64,000 nucleotides of DNA from Bacteroidales bacterium (GTDB lineage Bacteria; Bacteroidota; Bacteroidia; Bacteroidales; BM520). The notes under the pieces are model-generated. The model was not told where the DNA came from. It saw nothing but the letters and a program-made list of their open reading frames with translations, and did no database searches. Shown here in pieces: positions 8,323-18,890 of this stretch (positions within the stretch are counted from its first letter, which is position 1; every line of letters starts with the position of its first letter). A program made the position numbers and the translations under genes. The stretch lies in NCBI GenBank assembly GCA_050953245.1, contig JBMNMG010000003.1, positions 111,908-175,907 of the forward strand. Direction: 5' to 3'.

Positions 8323-10041
8323 TTAGCTGCAAGTGGAAATAGAGTTATTAACGTTTTGAATAATATCACCAATACGTTCACAAGTTGTAAATAATTCGCT
8401 ATATGTATTGCAAACGGCAAAATTTATATCATTATCATTTTGAATAGCTTCTGCTACATTATTTTGTAATTTATCGCGAGTATTATTTACTATTTCTTCT
8501 AATTCATTTCCCTTTTCTAAGTTAATTAAATGGTAATCAGAAGATAAGTTGTGTAGTAAGTTTTTATAAGCTTCATTAATTGTTGAGATCATTTCCAACA
8601 AATCTTCTATCATTTTAGCAGAAAACTCCATTTTTTTCTCCACTTTATACTTATAAGTTCTAGTAAATTGATAACATCTATCTCCTATGCGTTCTAAGTC
8701 ATCAATTATTTTGAGCATAGCAAAAATCCTTTTAGATACAGCTTTACTAACATCACCATAATGATTTGTTTTGACTAAATATTTTGCAATTTCCTCTTGC
8801 ATCCTATCGGAAATTTCTTCATATTTATCCATCTTTTCAAAGTAAACATTTAACTCCTTCTCATTAGGTGTAGTTATCATTTGAGGCATTATTTTAATCA
8901 TTTTATAGATTTGTTGAGCCATAAACTCAATTTCTTTTTTAGCTTGAATAGTAGCAAACTCAGTAGTTGAAATAATACCTTGAGATATAAATTTTAATCT
9001 AAACTCATCGTCTGTATCTTTATCCTTAATTATCTTAGTAACTATTTTAGCAATCCAATCAACGAACCAGATTAATATGAATGTGTTAATAACATTAAAG
9101 CTTGTATGGAAAATAGATAATGCTATTGGCAAATTAGCTCTGGTTACTGCAGAAGTTAAATCGGCACCTATAATGGAAGAACCGGTTATGGAAATCATAA
9201 CTTTATCTATTAAATTAAGGAATGGGAAAAAGACTATTAACATCCATATAGCCCCGAAGATATTAAAGAAAACATGCCCCAATGCTGCTCGTTTTGCTTG
9301 TTTATTTGCTATTAAAGCAGCTATATTTGCTGTAATGGTAGTACCGATATTTTCCCCAAGTACCATAGCTGCGGCACAGTGAAAAGGTATAACTCCATTA
9401 AAACATAAAACAAGAGTTAATGCCATAGTAGCACTCGAGGATTGTAATATTATTGTTAATATAGTACCTACTAATACAAAAAACAAAACGGACCAGTAAT
9501 TTGCATTAGCAAAATTTCCTAAAAATGCAAACATTTCAGGGTTTTGTTCTATATTTGGGATAGTATCTGTCAAAAATTGTAGTCCGATAAAAATTAATCC
9601 AAACCCAATTAATGTTTCTGCAATAAATGTGTTTTTTTCTTTTTTCGAAAATAGTAATGGTAATGCAAGTCCAATAATAGGTAGAGAAACTACAGACATA
9701 GATACTTTAAAACCTAAAATAGAAACTATCCATGCAGTTACTGTAGTTCCAATATTTGCCCCCATAATAATACTAATAGCACCTGTTAATGATAACAATC
9801 CTGCGTTCACAAAACTGACAATCATAACGGTGGTCGCCGATGACGACTGGACAACTGTAGTAATTAAAAAACCTGTTAAAACTCCTTTAAATTTATTGGA
9901 AGTCATTTTGTATAAAATTGCTCGCATTTTATTACTTGCAATCTTTTGTAGGGAGTCGCTTAGAAGTTTTATTCCGAATATAAAGATACATAGAGAACCT
10001 AATAGTACTAATATAAATTGGACTACTTCGAAAAAAGACAT
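8323..10041 (-). CDS. Na+/Pi cotransporter (NptA family) with PhoU-like C-terminal domain
   Basis: Duplicated QSSSAT...GANIGTT / GENIGTT motifs and a helical C-terminal domain with DLERIGD. Confidence 0.9.
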   Translation of the reverse strand: MSFFEVVQFILVLLGSLCIFIFGIKLLSDSLQKIASNKMRAILYKMTSNKFKGVLTGFLITTVVQSSSATTVMIVSFVNAGLLSLTGAISIIMGANIGTTVTAWIVSILGFKVSMSVVSLPIIGLALPLLFSKKEKNTFIAETLIGFGLIFIGLQFLTDTIPNIEQNPEMFAFLGNFANANYWSVLFFVLVGTILTIILQSSSATMALTLVLCFNGVIPFHCAAAMVLGENIGTTITANIAALIANKQAKRAALGHVFFNIFGAIWMLIVFFPFLNLIDKVMISITGSSIIGADLTSAVTRANLPIALSIFHTSFNVINTFILIWFVDWIAKIVTKIIKDKDTDDEFRLKFISQGIISTTEFATIQAKKEIEFMAQQIYKMIKIMPQMITTPNEKELNVYFEKMDKYEEISDRMQEEIAKYLVKTNHYGDVSKAVSKRIFAMLKIIDDLERIGDRCYQFTRTYKYKVEKKMEFSAKMIEDLLEMISTINEAYKNLLHNLSSDYHLINLEKGNELEEIVNNTRDKLQNNVAEAIQNDNDINFAVCNTYSELFTTCERIGDIIQNVNNSISTCS

Positions 10042-10072
10042 AATTTAATTATTTAGTTAAATTTAGTAATTG

Positions 10073-10080
10073 CAAATATA
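10073..10080 (-). promoter_or_regulatory. -7 promoter element for the Na/Pi-truA unit
   Basis: TATATTTG on the minus strand, ~30 nt before the ATG. Confidence 0.55.
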
Positions 10081-10240
10081 AAAAAAATAACATATTATAA
10101 TAATATTCTGAAGTAAAGTTCCAAATAAATAACTAACAATTTGTAAAAATGAAGATTACTTATAGTAATATTTTTTTTTAAATGAATTTGAGTAAATTTA
10201 GAATTGCATTAAAATTTCTTTAAATAGATAAAAATATTAT

Positions 10241-10248
10241 TATTTTTG
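10241..10248 (+). promoter_or_regulatory. -7 promoter element for the DUF4954-GT4 unit
   Basis: TATTTTTG ~36 nt before the ATG. Confidence 0.5.
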
Positions 10249-10284
10249 CATGTAAAGTTAGGAAATGTTTAATTAATTTTTCAA

Positions 10285-12267
10285 ATGGCAAAATACAGAG
10301 ATATTTCTTCAGCAGAAATAGAAGTTTTAGAGAAACAGCATTGTAGATGTGATGATTGGAGTTTAATAAAAGTAGTAGATGGTTTTAATCCTCATACTAT
10401 CAGAAATGTGAATTTTTCGGGAGATGTTAAGTTGGGATGTTTTGAAAAGGAGTTTGAATTAAAAAGTAAAATTATAAAGAAATCCGGTATATATAATGCT
10501 ACTATACATAATTGTACTATAGAAGATAATGTATATATTAATCAAATAAGAAGTTATATTGCTAATTATCATATAGAAAAAGAAGTTTACTTAGATAATG
10601 TAGATATTTTAGCTGTAGAAGATAATCCTGCTTTTGGGAATGGCACAGAAGTTAGTTCTATTTGTGAAACAGGAGGTAGAGAAGTTTATATTTATGACTA
10701 TTTATCGAGTCAAACCGCATATGTATTAGCAATGTATAGAGATAATAAAAAATTAGTTAATTCTCTTAATAAGTTGATTTTAGATTATGCTGAGTCCAAA
10801 AAGTCTTATGTGGGAAGGATAGGAACTAAAACTATTATTAATAACTGTAGAACTATCAAAAATGTTTTATTTGGAGAATATGCCACTGTAGAAAATGTTT
10901 TCCTTTTAGAAAACGGATCAGTGAACAGTACTATAGAAGACAAAACTTATGTAGGTTTTGGAGTTATAGCCAAAGATTTTATAATTTCACCCGGTGCTTA
11001 CGTTTCCGATAGTACTTATATTGACCATTGTTTCATTGGACAAGGTTGTGTTTTAGCGAAACAATATTCTGCCGAACATTCTTTATTTTTTGCGAATTGC
11101 GCAGGATATCACGGAGAAGCTTGTGCAGTTTTTGCCGGACCTTTTACAGTTACTCATCATAAGAGTTCTTTATTAATAGCAGGTTATTTTTCCTTTATGA
11201 ATACCGGATCAGGATCTAACCAAAGTAACCATATGTATAAATTAGGACCTATTCACCAAGGGATATTGGAAAGAGGTACAAAAACCACTTCAAATTCATA
11301 TGTTTTATGGCCTGCTAAAGTTGGGGCCTTTTCTGTAATTGTCGGAAGACACTTATCTCACCCGGATACTGATAAATTGCCATTTTCTTATTTAATAGAG
11401 GAAGCAAACGAAACTATTTTAGTTCCGGGAGTCAATTTACAAAGTATCGGAACAGTTAGAGACATGTATAAATGGCCAAAGAGAGATAAACGTAATCCAA
11501 AGAAAAAGATTGATTGTATTAACTTTAATTTGCTTTCTCCATACGTAGGAGAGAAAATTTTAAAAGGATTAAAGATTTTAAAAGATTTTGAATCGTTTGA
11601 GACAACATCTACATGGTTTAAATATAATAATGTGAAAATTAAGAGTGAGAGTTTAAGAAAGGGGATATCTTTATATGAAATTGCTCTTTATAAACATATT
11701 GGAGAGTTATTAGCAGATAGATTAAAAAATAACAAATTTGAAAGTTTAGATGAAATTAAAACAATATTAAAGCCAACAGGAGATATTGGAGTAGGTGATT
11801 GGGTAGATGTTGGGGGTATGTTTGCCCCAAAATCGGAAATTCTTAAAATAATAAGTAAAATAATTTCTAATAACTTGCCATTAAAAGATATTAATAAAGA
11901 ATTTAGAAGGGTATATTTTAATTACAATGAATATGAGTGGAATTGGGCATATTTTACCTTAGAAAAAATTAGAGATAAAAAAATAGATGAATTTTCTATA
12001 GAAAATTTTGTAGATGTTTTAACTAAGTGGATAGAATCAGAAAATAGATTAGGTGAATTAATTTGTAAGAATGCCGATAAAGAATTTTCAAAAATCTCTA
12101 AAATTAGTTTTGGTATAGATGGTGGAGAAGAAGAAATAAGAAAAGATTTTAATAATATAAGAGGAAATATTAATTCTAATCCGGATATTATACAGTTTAA
12201 AGCAAATTTAAAGGAATTAAATAAATTATATGCAGATTTAATAGTTAAGTTAAATAAAGCTAAATAA
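10285..12267 (+). CDS. DUF4954 family protein
   Basis: Recognised family pattern (N-terminal C.CDDWS, beta-helix-like repeats, GSGSNQSNHMYKLGPIHQG). Confidence 0.8.
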   Translation: MAKYRDISSAEIEVLEKQHCRCDDWSLIKVVDGFNPHTIRNVNFSGDVKLGCFEKEFELKSKIIKKSGIYNATIHNCTIEDNVYINQIRSYIANYHIEKEVYLDNVDILAVEDNPAFGNGTEVSSICETGGREVYIYDYLSSQTAYVLAMYRDNKKLVNSLNKLILDYAESKKSYVGRIGTKTIINNCRTIKNVLFGEYATVENVFLLENGSVNSTIEDKTYVGFGVIAKDFIISPGAYVSDSTYIDHCFIGQGCVLAKQYSAEHSLFFANCAGYHGEACAVFAGPFTVTHHKSSLLIAGYFSFMNTGSGSNQSNHMYKLGPIHQGILERGTKTTSNSYVLWPAKVGAFSVIVGRHLSHPDTDKLPFSYLIEEANETILVPGVNLQSIGTVRDMYKWPKRDKRNPKKKIDCINFNLLSPYVGEKILKGLKILKDFESFETTSTWFKYNNVKIKSESLRKGISLYEIALYKHIGELLADRLKNNKFESLDEIKTILKPTGDIGVGDWVDVGGMFAPKSEILKIISKIISNNLPLKDINKEFRRVYFNYNEYEWNWAYFTLEKIRDKKIDEFSIENFVDVLTKWIESENRLGELICKNADKEFSKISKISFGIDGGEEEIRKDFNNIRGNINSNPDIIQFKANLKELNKLYADLIVKLNKAK

Positions 12268-12279
12268 TGTTCTTCTAAG

Positions 12280-13431
12280 ATGACTAACAAATTTGTTTTA
12301 GGTTTAGATGCTAAAAGAGCATTTTGTAATAGAAGCGGATTAGGAAATTATGCCAGAAATATTATTTGGGCATTAAACAAGTATTATGAGAATATATTTC
12401 AAGTTCTTTTTACGCCTCAAGTATCATATGACATCTTTAATTTAAAAGATAAGAACTTATCTTTTAAGTTAGATACTATTACATTAGTAAATCCATTAAA
12501 CATTCCATTCTATAAGTCGCTTTGGCGTTCATATTTCTTGGGAAATCAATTGGATAAGTATAATGTTAGCGTGTATCATGGTTTAAGTAATGAATTGCCA
12601 TATAATATTAAAAAAGCCAATGTAAAAAAAATAGTTACAATTCATGATGTGATTTTTATGTCGCATCCACATCTTTATACTAAAATAGATGCTAATACTT
12701 ATTTCAAAAAAACTACATTTGCCTTACAAAATGCTGATGTTGTTATATCGGTGAGTGAAGAAACTAAAAATCAAATATTAAAATATTTTAAAGTTGATCC
12801 TGAGAAAATAGTTGTTGTTTATCAACCATGTAATAGAGTGTTTAATTTAGATTATTTATCTGAAAAAGAGAATTCCGATTTACTATATTCTACAAAAAAC
12901 AAATTTAATTTACCAAACAACTTTATGCTTAGTGTTGGAAATATAGAAAAACGGAAAAACTTAATAAACGTTGTAAAAGCAATTGATGAATACAATATAG
13001 ATTACCCTTACGTTATTGTAGGTAAACACACTAAATATGCAGATGAGTTAAAATCATTTATCAATCAAAGGCAAATCAAAAATGTTTGTTTTTTGCATAA
13101 TGTAGATACTTTAGATTTAAAAGGCTTATATCAGTTGGCAGATTTTACAATTTATCCATCTGTAGCAGAAGGGTTTGGTATCCCAATAATTGAATCATTA
13201 AGTAGTAAAACACCGCCAATCTTAAATGATATTAATTGTTTTAAAGAAGCTGCCGGTGATGGAGCGCTATTTACAAACACACAAGAAATAAGAAGTTTGG
13301 CAAAATCTATTAAAAAATTTATTGATGATAAAGAATTGAGATCGGAAATAACGGAAAAAGGATATAATCATATTCAAAAATTTTCACATAAACAAATAGC
13401 ATCTAAATTGGTTGATATTTATCTATCTTAA
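12280..13431 (+). CDS. Glycosyltransferase family 4
   Basis: HGLSNELP, VTIHD and PSVAEGFGIPIIE (EX7E-type) motifs. Confidence 0.9.
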   Translation: MTNKFVLGLDAKRAFCNRSGLGNYARNIIWALNKYYENIFQVLFTPQVSYDIFNLKDKNLSFKLDTITLVNPLNIPFYKSLWRSYFLGNQLDKYNVSVYHGLSNELPYNIKKANVKKIVTIHDVIFMSHPHLYTKIDANTYFKKTTFALQNADVVISVSEETKNQILKYFKVDPEKIVVVYQPCNRVFNLDYLSEKENSDLLYSTKNKFNLPNNFMLSVGNIEKRKNLINVVKAIDEYNIDYPYVIVGKHTKYADELKSFINQRQIKNVCFLHNVDTLDLKGLYQLADFTIYPSVAEGFGIPIIESLSSKTPPILNDINCFKEAAGDGALFTNTQEIRSLAKSIKKFIDDKELRSEITEKGYNHIQKFSHKQIASKLVDIYLS

Positions 13432-14201
13432 ATTTGTTGTTTATTTATGAACAACAAATCTTTTGTTAATTCCAAATATTCGTTAGTATAGACATTATCT
13501 TTTAAGTATATGTAAAAGTTATTTTCTTTTACAACTGTATTATCTTTACAAAATGCTAACATGGCTCTTTTAGGGTTAATGTCATTAACTTTGCTATAAA
13601 TTTTAGTGAAATTATAACAATATAAACTATTTATTGTTGCAAATTGTAAAAATGATTTAGTTGCTTCAAAAGGTAAAATGCAAAAAAACTTTCCATTTTT
13701 ATTTAACAACTTAGAAACGCACATAGCTAAAACATTGAAAGGCAACATGTCTGTGTGACGTGCTTTATTGCGTTTATTGTTTTTTGATTTTAAAGAATTT
13801 ACAAAATAGGGTGGATTTGAGATAATAATATCATATAAATTAGTTGATATTGTTTTGTTTATTGTGTTGTTTAAATGGTCTTTAGTAAAGCTATCTAAAT
13901 CTTTGTTATAGCAGGCTAATCTTTCTTTCCAAGGTGAGTTTTTAAAATTTATTAGAGATTCATTTACTGAATCGGAATCTATATCTATTGCAGTAATATT
14001 TGAGTTTTGTAAATTTTGTGCTAAGATTAAAGCTATTACTCCACATCCAGTTCCAATATCTAATACTTCATATTTTTTATCTTTATTGTTTATTAAGTTT
14101 AATGATAACATACTAACAAGTATTGCGTCAGTACCAACTTTCATTGCGCTTTTATCGTGCAATATGCTAAATTTTTTAAAGAAAAATGGAGAAGTTGTCA
14201 T
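13428..14201 (-). CDS. yfiC: tRNA1(Val) adenine(37)-N6 methyltransferase family
   Basis: AMKVGTDAIL, LDIGTGCG and NPPY motifs. Confidence 0.85.
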   Translation of the reverse strand: MTTSPFFFKKFSILHDKSAMKVGTDAILVSMLSLNLINNKDKKYEVLDIGTGCGVIALILAQNLQNSNITAIDIDSDSVNESLINFKNSPWKERLACYNKDLDSFTKDHLNNTINKTISTNLYDIIISNPPYFVNSLKSKNNKRNKARHTDMLPFNVLAMCVSKLLNKNGKFFCILPFEATKSFLQFATINSLYCYNFTKIYSKVNDINPKRAMLAFCKDNTVVKENNFYIYLKDNVYTNEYLELTKDLLFINKQQI

Positions 14202-14220
14202 CCTCAGTAATTTTAAATAA

Positions 14221-15528
14221 TTAATTTATTTCAGTGCTTTCTACTAGAATTTTCTTAGGATACATAATCCACATTAGTCCGCCCCTAAAGGCTAAAAAAA
14301 TTAAAAATGCAATCCAAATAGCATCATTTCCTAAAAAATTAATCAAGGAATAATATGATATAAAAAAGCTTGCAGTAGCAACAAACATTACATTTCTCAT
14401 AGTTTTAGATGCAATAGCTCCAATATAAATTCCATCAAAAATAAATGCAGCCATACCACAAATAGGAACTAGTACAATCCATTTTAAAAAGTCCTCTGAA
14501 GATTTAATAATTTCTATATCCTTAGTAAATAAAAATAAAATATTTTTACCCCAAAACAGATAAGCTATCGTAAACACAAATGTTAAAATAAATCCATAGA
14601 TTAGTAAATATTTAGTACTCAATTTTAATAATTTAGAATCTTTAGCACCAATATATCTACCTGTTAAAGCTTCTCCTGCATAAGCAAAACCGTCTAAAAT
14701 ATAAGAAAAAATTGTAAAAAGTTGCATTAATAAAGTGTTTACAGCTAATATTCTATCTCCTAAAGATGCTGAGATAAAAGGGATAAATGCAAAAACAATA
14801 GATAAACATAAAGTTCTTAAAAAAATATCAATATTAACTTTAAAGAAAAGTTTTAATTTACTCCAATGTAAACTTTCTTTTAAATTAATATGAACTTTTA
14901 AATTGCTAAATTTAATAAACCAAAAAATTATTCCTATAATTAAACCACTATATTGAGCTATTACAGTTCCCCATGCAACACCTGCAATTCCCATTTTCAA
15001 ATACACGGCTAAGAAAATACTAAAAAATATATTTATTATATTTAACAATATAGATACAATCATAGGTATGTGAGAATTTTGCATACCAATAAACCATCCT
15101 TTTATTATGTATAACCCTAAAGTTGCCGGAGCTGCCCAAATTCTTATAAAAAAATATACTAATGCGGATTGCATGATTTCCGGACTGGTATTAATAAATT
15201 TTTCAGATAGATATGCAATAGGGGACTGAAATAAAATTATCAGTAACGACAATGATAAGGCTATTACTAAACCTCTTGTTAAAATAGCCATTGATTCTTT
15301 CATATCGTTGGCACCGTAGGCTTGGGCTGTAAAACCACTTGTGCCCATTCGTAAAAAACCGAAGTTCCAATAAATTAAATTGAATATAGTTGTGCTTATA
15401 GCAATAGCACCAATTAATTGTTCACCTCCTGTTCTGCCAACAATGGCTAAATCTACCATTCCAAGTAGGGGAACAGTAATATTTGCAATAATATTGGGAA
15501 TTGCTAATTTTAAAATCCTCTTATTCAA
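14221..15528 (-). CDS. MATE family efflux transporter (DinF-like)
   Basis: LAIPNIIANITVPLLGMVD, GFLRMGTSGFTAQ and about 12 TM segments. Confidence 0.9.
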   Translation of the reverse strand: MNKRILKLAIPNIIANITVPLLGMVDLAIVGRTGGEQLIGAIAISTTIFNLIYWNFGFLRMGTSGFTAQAYGANDMKESMAILTRGLVIALSLSLLIILFQSPIAYLSEKFINTSPEIMQSALVYFFIRIWAAPATLGLYIIKGWFIGMQNSHIPMIVSILLNIINIFFSIFLAVYLKMGIAGVAWGTVIAQYSGLIIGIIFWFIKFSNLKVHINLKESLHWSKLKLFFKVNIDIFLRTLCLSIVFAFIPFISASLGDRILAVNTLLMQLFTIFSYILDGFAYAGEALTGRYIGAKDSKLLKLSTKYLLIYGFILTFVFTIAYLFWGKNILFLFTKDIEIIKSSEDFLKWIVLVPICGMAAFIFDGIYIGAIASKTMRNVMFVATASFFISYYSLINFLGNDAIWIAFLIFLAFRGGLMWIMYPKKILVESTEIN

Positions 15529-15547
15529 TTTATTTTATAATTTTTTG

Positions 15548-15574
15548 CAAATTTAAGAATTTTATGTAAATTTG
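15548..15574. promoter_or_regulatory. Back-to-back -7 elements for MATE (-) and the cytidylate kinase-like gene (+)
   Basis: TAAATTTG on the minus strand at 15548-15555 and on the plus strand at 15567-15574. Confidence 0.55.
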
Positions 15575-15593
15575 TAGAACTAATAATGCTCAT

Positions 15594-16205
15594 ATGAAAA
15601 ATATTGCTATTAATATTGGTAGACAATTAGCTACAGGTGGTCTTGATATAGGTAAATATTTAGCTAAACAGTTAAATTATAATTTTTATGATAAAGCTAT
15701 AATCAGACTTATTGCTGTAAAAAGTGGGATGTCACCGGAATTTTTAGATGATCATGATGAAAGAAATCAAATTCATTCAGGTTTTTTATCAGCTTTATCT
15801 ATGAATACGTATTTTTACGATAACATTTTTTTGTTAGATAAGTCAATTTCTAATTTTTTTACAGACACAATAGTTAAATTATCTAAAGAAAGCAATAGTG
15901 TTTTTGTTGGCAGGTGTGCAGACTATATATTGAAGGATAGAGCAAGATGTTTTAATGTGTTTTTATATGCTCCTTTAGATTTTAGAATAGAAATATTAAA
16001 GGGTAGATTAAAAGGTAAATCTGAAAATGAAATAAAAAAAATAATTAAAAATACAGATAAATCGAGAGCTGCTTATTATAATAGATATACTGATAAAACA
16101 TGGGGCGATCCCAATTCTTATAATTTAATGATAGATACCTCTGTTTTTGGTATTAAAAAAACAGCAGAAATTTTATATGATTACGTTAAAAATTTTACCC
16201 TTTAA
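15594..16205 (+). CDS. Cytidylate kinase-like family protein
   Basis: IGRQLATGG, VFVGRCADYIL and DKSRAAYYNRYT...WGD...Y motifs. Confidence 0.85.
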   Translation: MKNIAINIGRQLATGGLDIGKYLAKQLNYNFYDKAIIRLIAVKSGMSPEFLDDHDERNQIHSGFLSALSMNTYFYDNIFLLDKSISNFFTDTIVKLSKESNSVFVGRCADYILKDRARCFNVFLYAPLDFRIEILKGRLKGKSENEIKKIIKNTDKSRAAYYNRYTDKTWGDPNSYNLMIDTSVFGIKKTAEILYDYVKNFTL

Positions 16206-16319
16206 GTTTTTTTTCAAAATTAATCTAAGATTTTTTAATAAACAATAAATTTCTACGTAACTATGTTGTAATTAGTTAAAGTTAAGTATCCTTATTGTAA
16301 GAATTTCTTAATATTATAT

Positions 16320-16327
16320 TATATTTG
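16320..16327 (+). promoter_or_regulatory. -7 promoter element for nadB
   Basis: TATATTTG 23 nt before the GTG start. Confidence 0.55.
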
Positions 16328-16350
16328 CAATTTATAATAATATAACACTT

Positions 16351-17937
16351 GTGAAAACTTATGATTATATAGTTATTGGAAGTGGATTAGCCGGCCTTTA
16401 TTCAGCCTATAAAGCGTCTGATCACAACAGAACAGTTGCCCTTATTACCAAGGCAGACTTAAAGTTAAGTAATTCTTACTATGCTCAAGGAGGTATTGCT
16501 GCCGTTACAACAGAAGACGATACTCCAAAATTTCACTTTAAAGATACTATTATTGCAGGTAGAAATTTATGTGATTATCCTGCAGTTGATATATTAGTTA
16601 ACGAAGGTCCAGATAGAATTCAAGAAATTATTGAAGATGGGATGCACTTTGATATGGATCGTGGAAATTTAGCTTTAGGTTTGGAAGGAGGACACAATAA
16701 ACATAGAATTCTACATGCTGGAGGAGATTCTACCGGTAGATTGATAACAGAATTTATGATTAGTAAAATCCTTTCTGTTAAAAATATAGAAATTTTTGAA
16801 TACCATGAAGCTATACAATTGTTAATAGATGATCACGGGTGTTATGGTGTTTGCTGTAGAGATTTCAAATCTGATAAAAATAATATTTTTATAGGTAAAA
16901 ATGTATTTTTAGCGTCTGGAGGAGCTTCAGGTATTTACAAACGTAACACTAATCCTAAAACAACTATAGGAGAGGGGTTAGCAATGTGTTACGATGCCGG
17001 ATGCAAAATTATTGATATAGAATTCGAACAATTTCATCCAACTGCAATTTATACACCTGATAATTCAAGTCCCTTTTTAGTTAGCGAAGCAGTTCGAGGA
17101 GAAGGTGCTTTATTAATAAACCAAAAAGGTGAACGATTTATGGATGGTATTCATCCTCAAAAAGAGTTAGCTCCCAGAGATGTAGTCGCAAGAAGTATAT
17201 TTATGCAAATGCAAAAGTCAGGAGATGATTTTGTTTATTTATCTTTAAAAGATATTGATCCTAATTTAATAAAAAAACGGTTTCCAACTATTTTTAATAA
17301 GTGTCAAGAATTAGGTATTGATATGACAGATAAAATACCGGTAGCTCCTGCGGCACATTATATGGTTGGTGGAGTTGAGGTGGATTTACATGGTCAAACA
17401 AATATTCCAAATCTATATGTAATCGGAGAATTGGCGTCAACAGGGATTATGGGAGCAAACAGGCTTGCATCTAATTCTCTGTTAGAGTGTTTAGTTTTTG
17501 GTCATAGGGCAGTTCAACATAGTTTAAATTCTGCAAGATCGGCTCCAATTACATTTAAAATATCAGAATATTGTTTATACACCAAAAAAGAATTGTTTGA
17601 TACATACAAACGAACTAAAGATAAAATAGCATCATTGATGACTCAATATGCTGGAATTATTAGAAACGAATCCGGCTTAATAATTGGAATGCGAAAGTTA
17701 GATAAATTAGAAGAGAAATTATCTTTGATCAGTACGGAATATTATAGTAGAGTATCGCAACAATTGCTGACAGTTGCGAGGTTAATGATAGAAGGTGCAT
17801 TATTTAGAAAAGAAAGTAGGGGATGTCACTATAGAGAAGATTTTCCAAATGAAAATGATAAGTTTATATGCCATACAGTACAACAAAAATATAAACCAAT
17901 AACAGCAAGAGAAGTTAATTTTAACATTAAAGATTAA
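16351..17937 (+). CDS. nadB: L-aspartate oxidase
   Basis: GSGLAG FAD motif, AQGGIAA, EFEQFHPT, EAVRGEG, GANRLASNSLLE; adjacent to nadC and nadA. Confidence 0.95.
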   Translation: MKTYDYIVIGSGLAGLYSAYKASDHNRTVALITKADLKLSNSYYAQGGIAAVTTEDDTPKFHFKDTIIAGRNLCDYPAVDILVNEGPDRIQEIIEDGMHFDMDRGNLALGLEGGHNKHRILHAGGDSTGRLITEFMISKILSVKNIEIFEYHEAIQLLIDDHGCYGVCCRDFKSDKNNIFIGKNVFLASGGASGIYKRNTNPKTTIGEGLAMCYDAGCKIIDIEFEQFHPTAIYTPDNSSPFLVSEAVRGEGALLINQKGERFMDGIHPQKELAPRDVVARSIFMQMQKSGDDFVYLSLKDIDPNLIKKRFPTIFNKCQELGIDMTDKIPVAPAAHYMVGGVEVDLHGQTNIPNLYVIGELASTGIMGANRLASNSLLECLVFGHRAVQHSLNSARSAPITFKISEYCLYTKKELFDTYKRTKDKIASLMTQYAGIIRNESGLIIGMRKLDKLEEKLSLISTEYYSRVSQQLLTVARLMIEGALFRKESRGCHYREDFPNENDKFICHTVQQKYKPITAREVNFNIKD

Positions 17938-18034
17938 ATAAAACATTAATAGTTAAAGTTTTATAGTTGACTATCAATGTTTTAATTATTTACAAAAAAA
18001 TAAAATAAATATAGCAATTAATAATATCAAGAAA

Positions 18035-18874
18035 ATGGATAGATTTAATTTTTTATTCGATTCAATCGTCAATTTAGCATTAGAAGAAGATATTGCAGAA
18101 GGTGATATATCTACTAACTATATAGTTCCCACTAATACAGAGGCAACAGCGACAATAAAGGTCAAAGCTGTCGAAGGGATTATTTCGGGATTAGATGTTG
18201 CTTACAATGTTTTTAAACGATTAGATGAAAATATTGATTGGACTCCATTTTTTAAAGATGGTGATAAGGTTAAGAAAGATGATATTTTAGTTGAAATCAA
18301 AGGAAATTACGCAGCATTACTAACAGGTGAAAGAACTGCTTTAAACTTCATGCAACGTATGTCAGGAATTGCCACTAAAACTAATGCATTTGTAAAGAAA
18401 CTAGAAGATACTAACGTTAAAATATTAGATACCAGAAAAACAGTTCCTGGTTTAAGAGTATTGGATAAAATTGCTGTTAAGCATGGTGGAGGTGAAAATC
18501 ATAGAATTGGATTATATGATATGGTTATGTTAAAAGATAATCATATAAAAATTGCAGGTAGTATTACTAAAGCAGTAAATACTGTTAAAAAGAATGTTCC
18601 ATTAAGCATTAAGATAGAAGTGGAAACTTCTACTTTAGAAGAGGTTTTTGAAGCCTTACATGCCGGTGCAGACATTATCATGTTAGATAATATGTCTAAT
18701 GATATGATGAGTAAAGCAGTAACTATTGTTAATGGCAAAGCAAAAACTGAAGCATCAGGAAATATGACAATTGATAGATTAGAGGAGGTTGCAAAAACAG
18801 GTGTCGATTATATAAGTGTAGGAGAGTTAACTCACTCTGTAGCAGCATTAGATTTAAGTATGAATTTTAATTAA
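18035..18874 (+). CDS. nadC: Nicotinate-nucleotide pyrophosphorylase (carboxylating)
   Basis: GERTALNFMQRMSGIAT, DTRKTVPGLR, LKDNH, IMLDN. Confidence 0.97.
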   Translation: MDRFNFLFDSIVNLALEEDIAEGDISTNYIVPTNTEATATIKVKAVEGIISGLDVAYNVFKRLDENIDWTPFFKDGDKVKKDDILVEIKGNYAALLTGERTALNFMQRMSGIATKTNAFVKKLEDTNVKILDTRKTVPGLRVLDKIAVKHGGGENHRIGLYDMVMLKDNHIKIAGSITKAVNTVKKNVPLSIKIEVETSTLEEVFEALHAGADIIMLDNMSNDMMSKAVTIVNGKAKTEASGNMTIDRLEEVAKTGVDYISVGELTHSVAALDLSMNFN

Positions 18875-18890
18875 TTAAATTACAACTATT

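Noticed and set aside
16255-17975. Regulator (NrtR-like) sites before nadB and nadC: shared TAGTTAAAGTT (16273, 17950), TAACTA-N9-TAGTTA and ATAGTTGACTAT
   Set aside because: They are very AT-rich, do not fit the GT-N7-AC NrtR pattern, and could easily arise by chance. No regulator gene is nearby.
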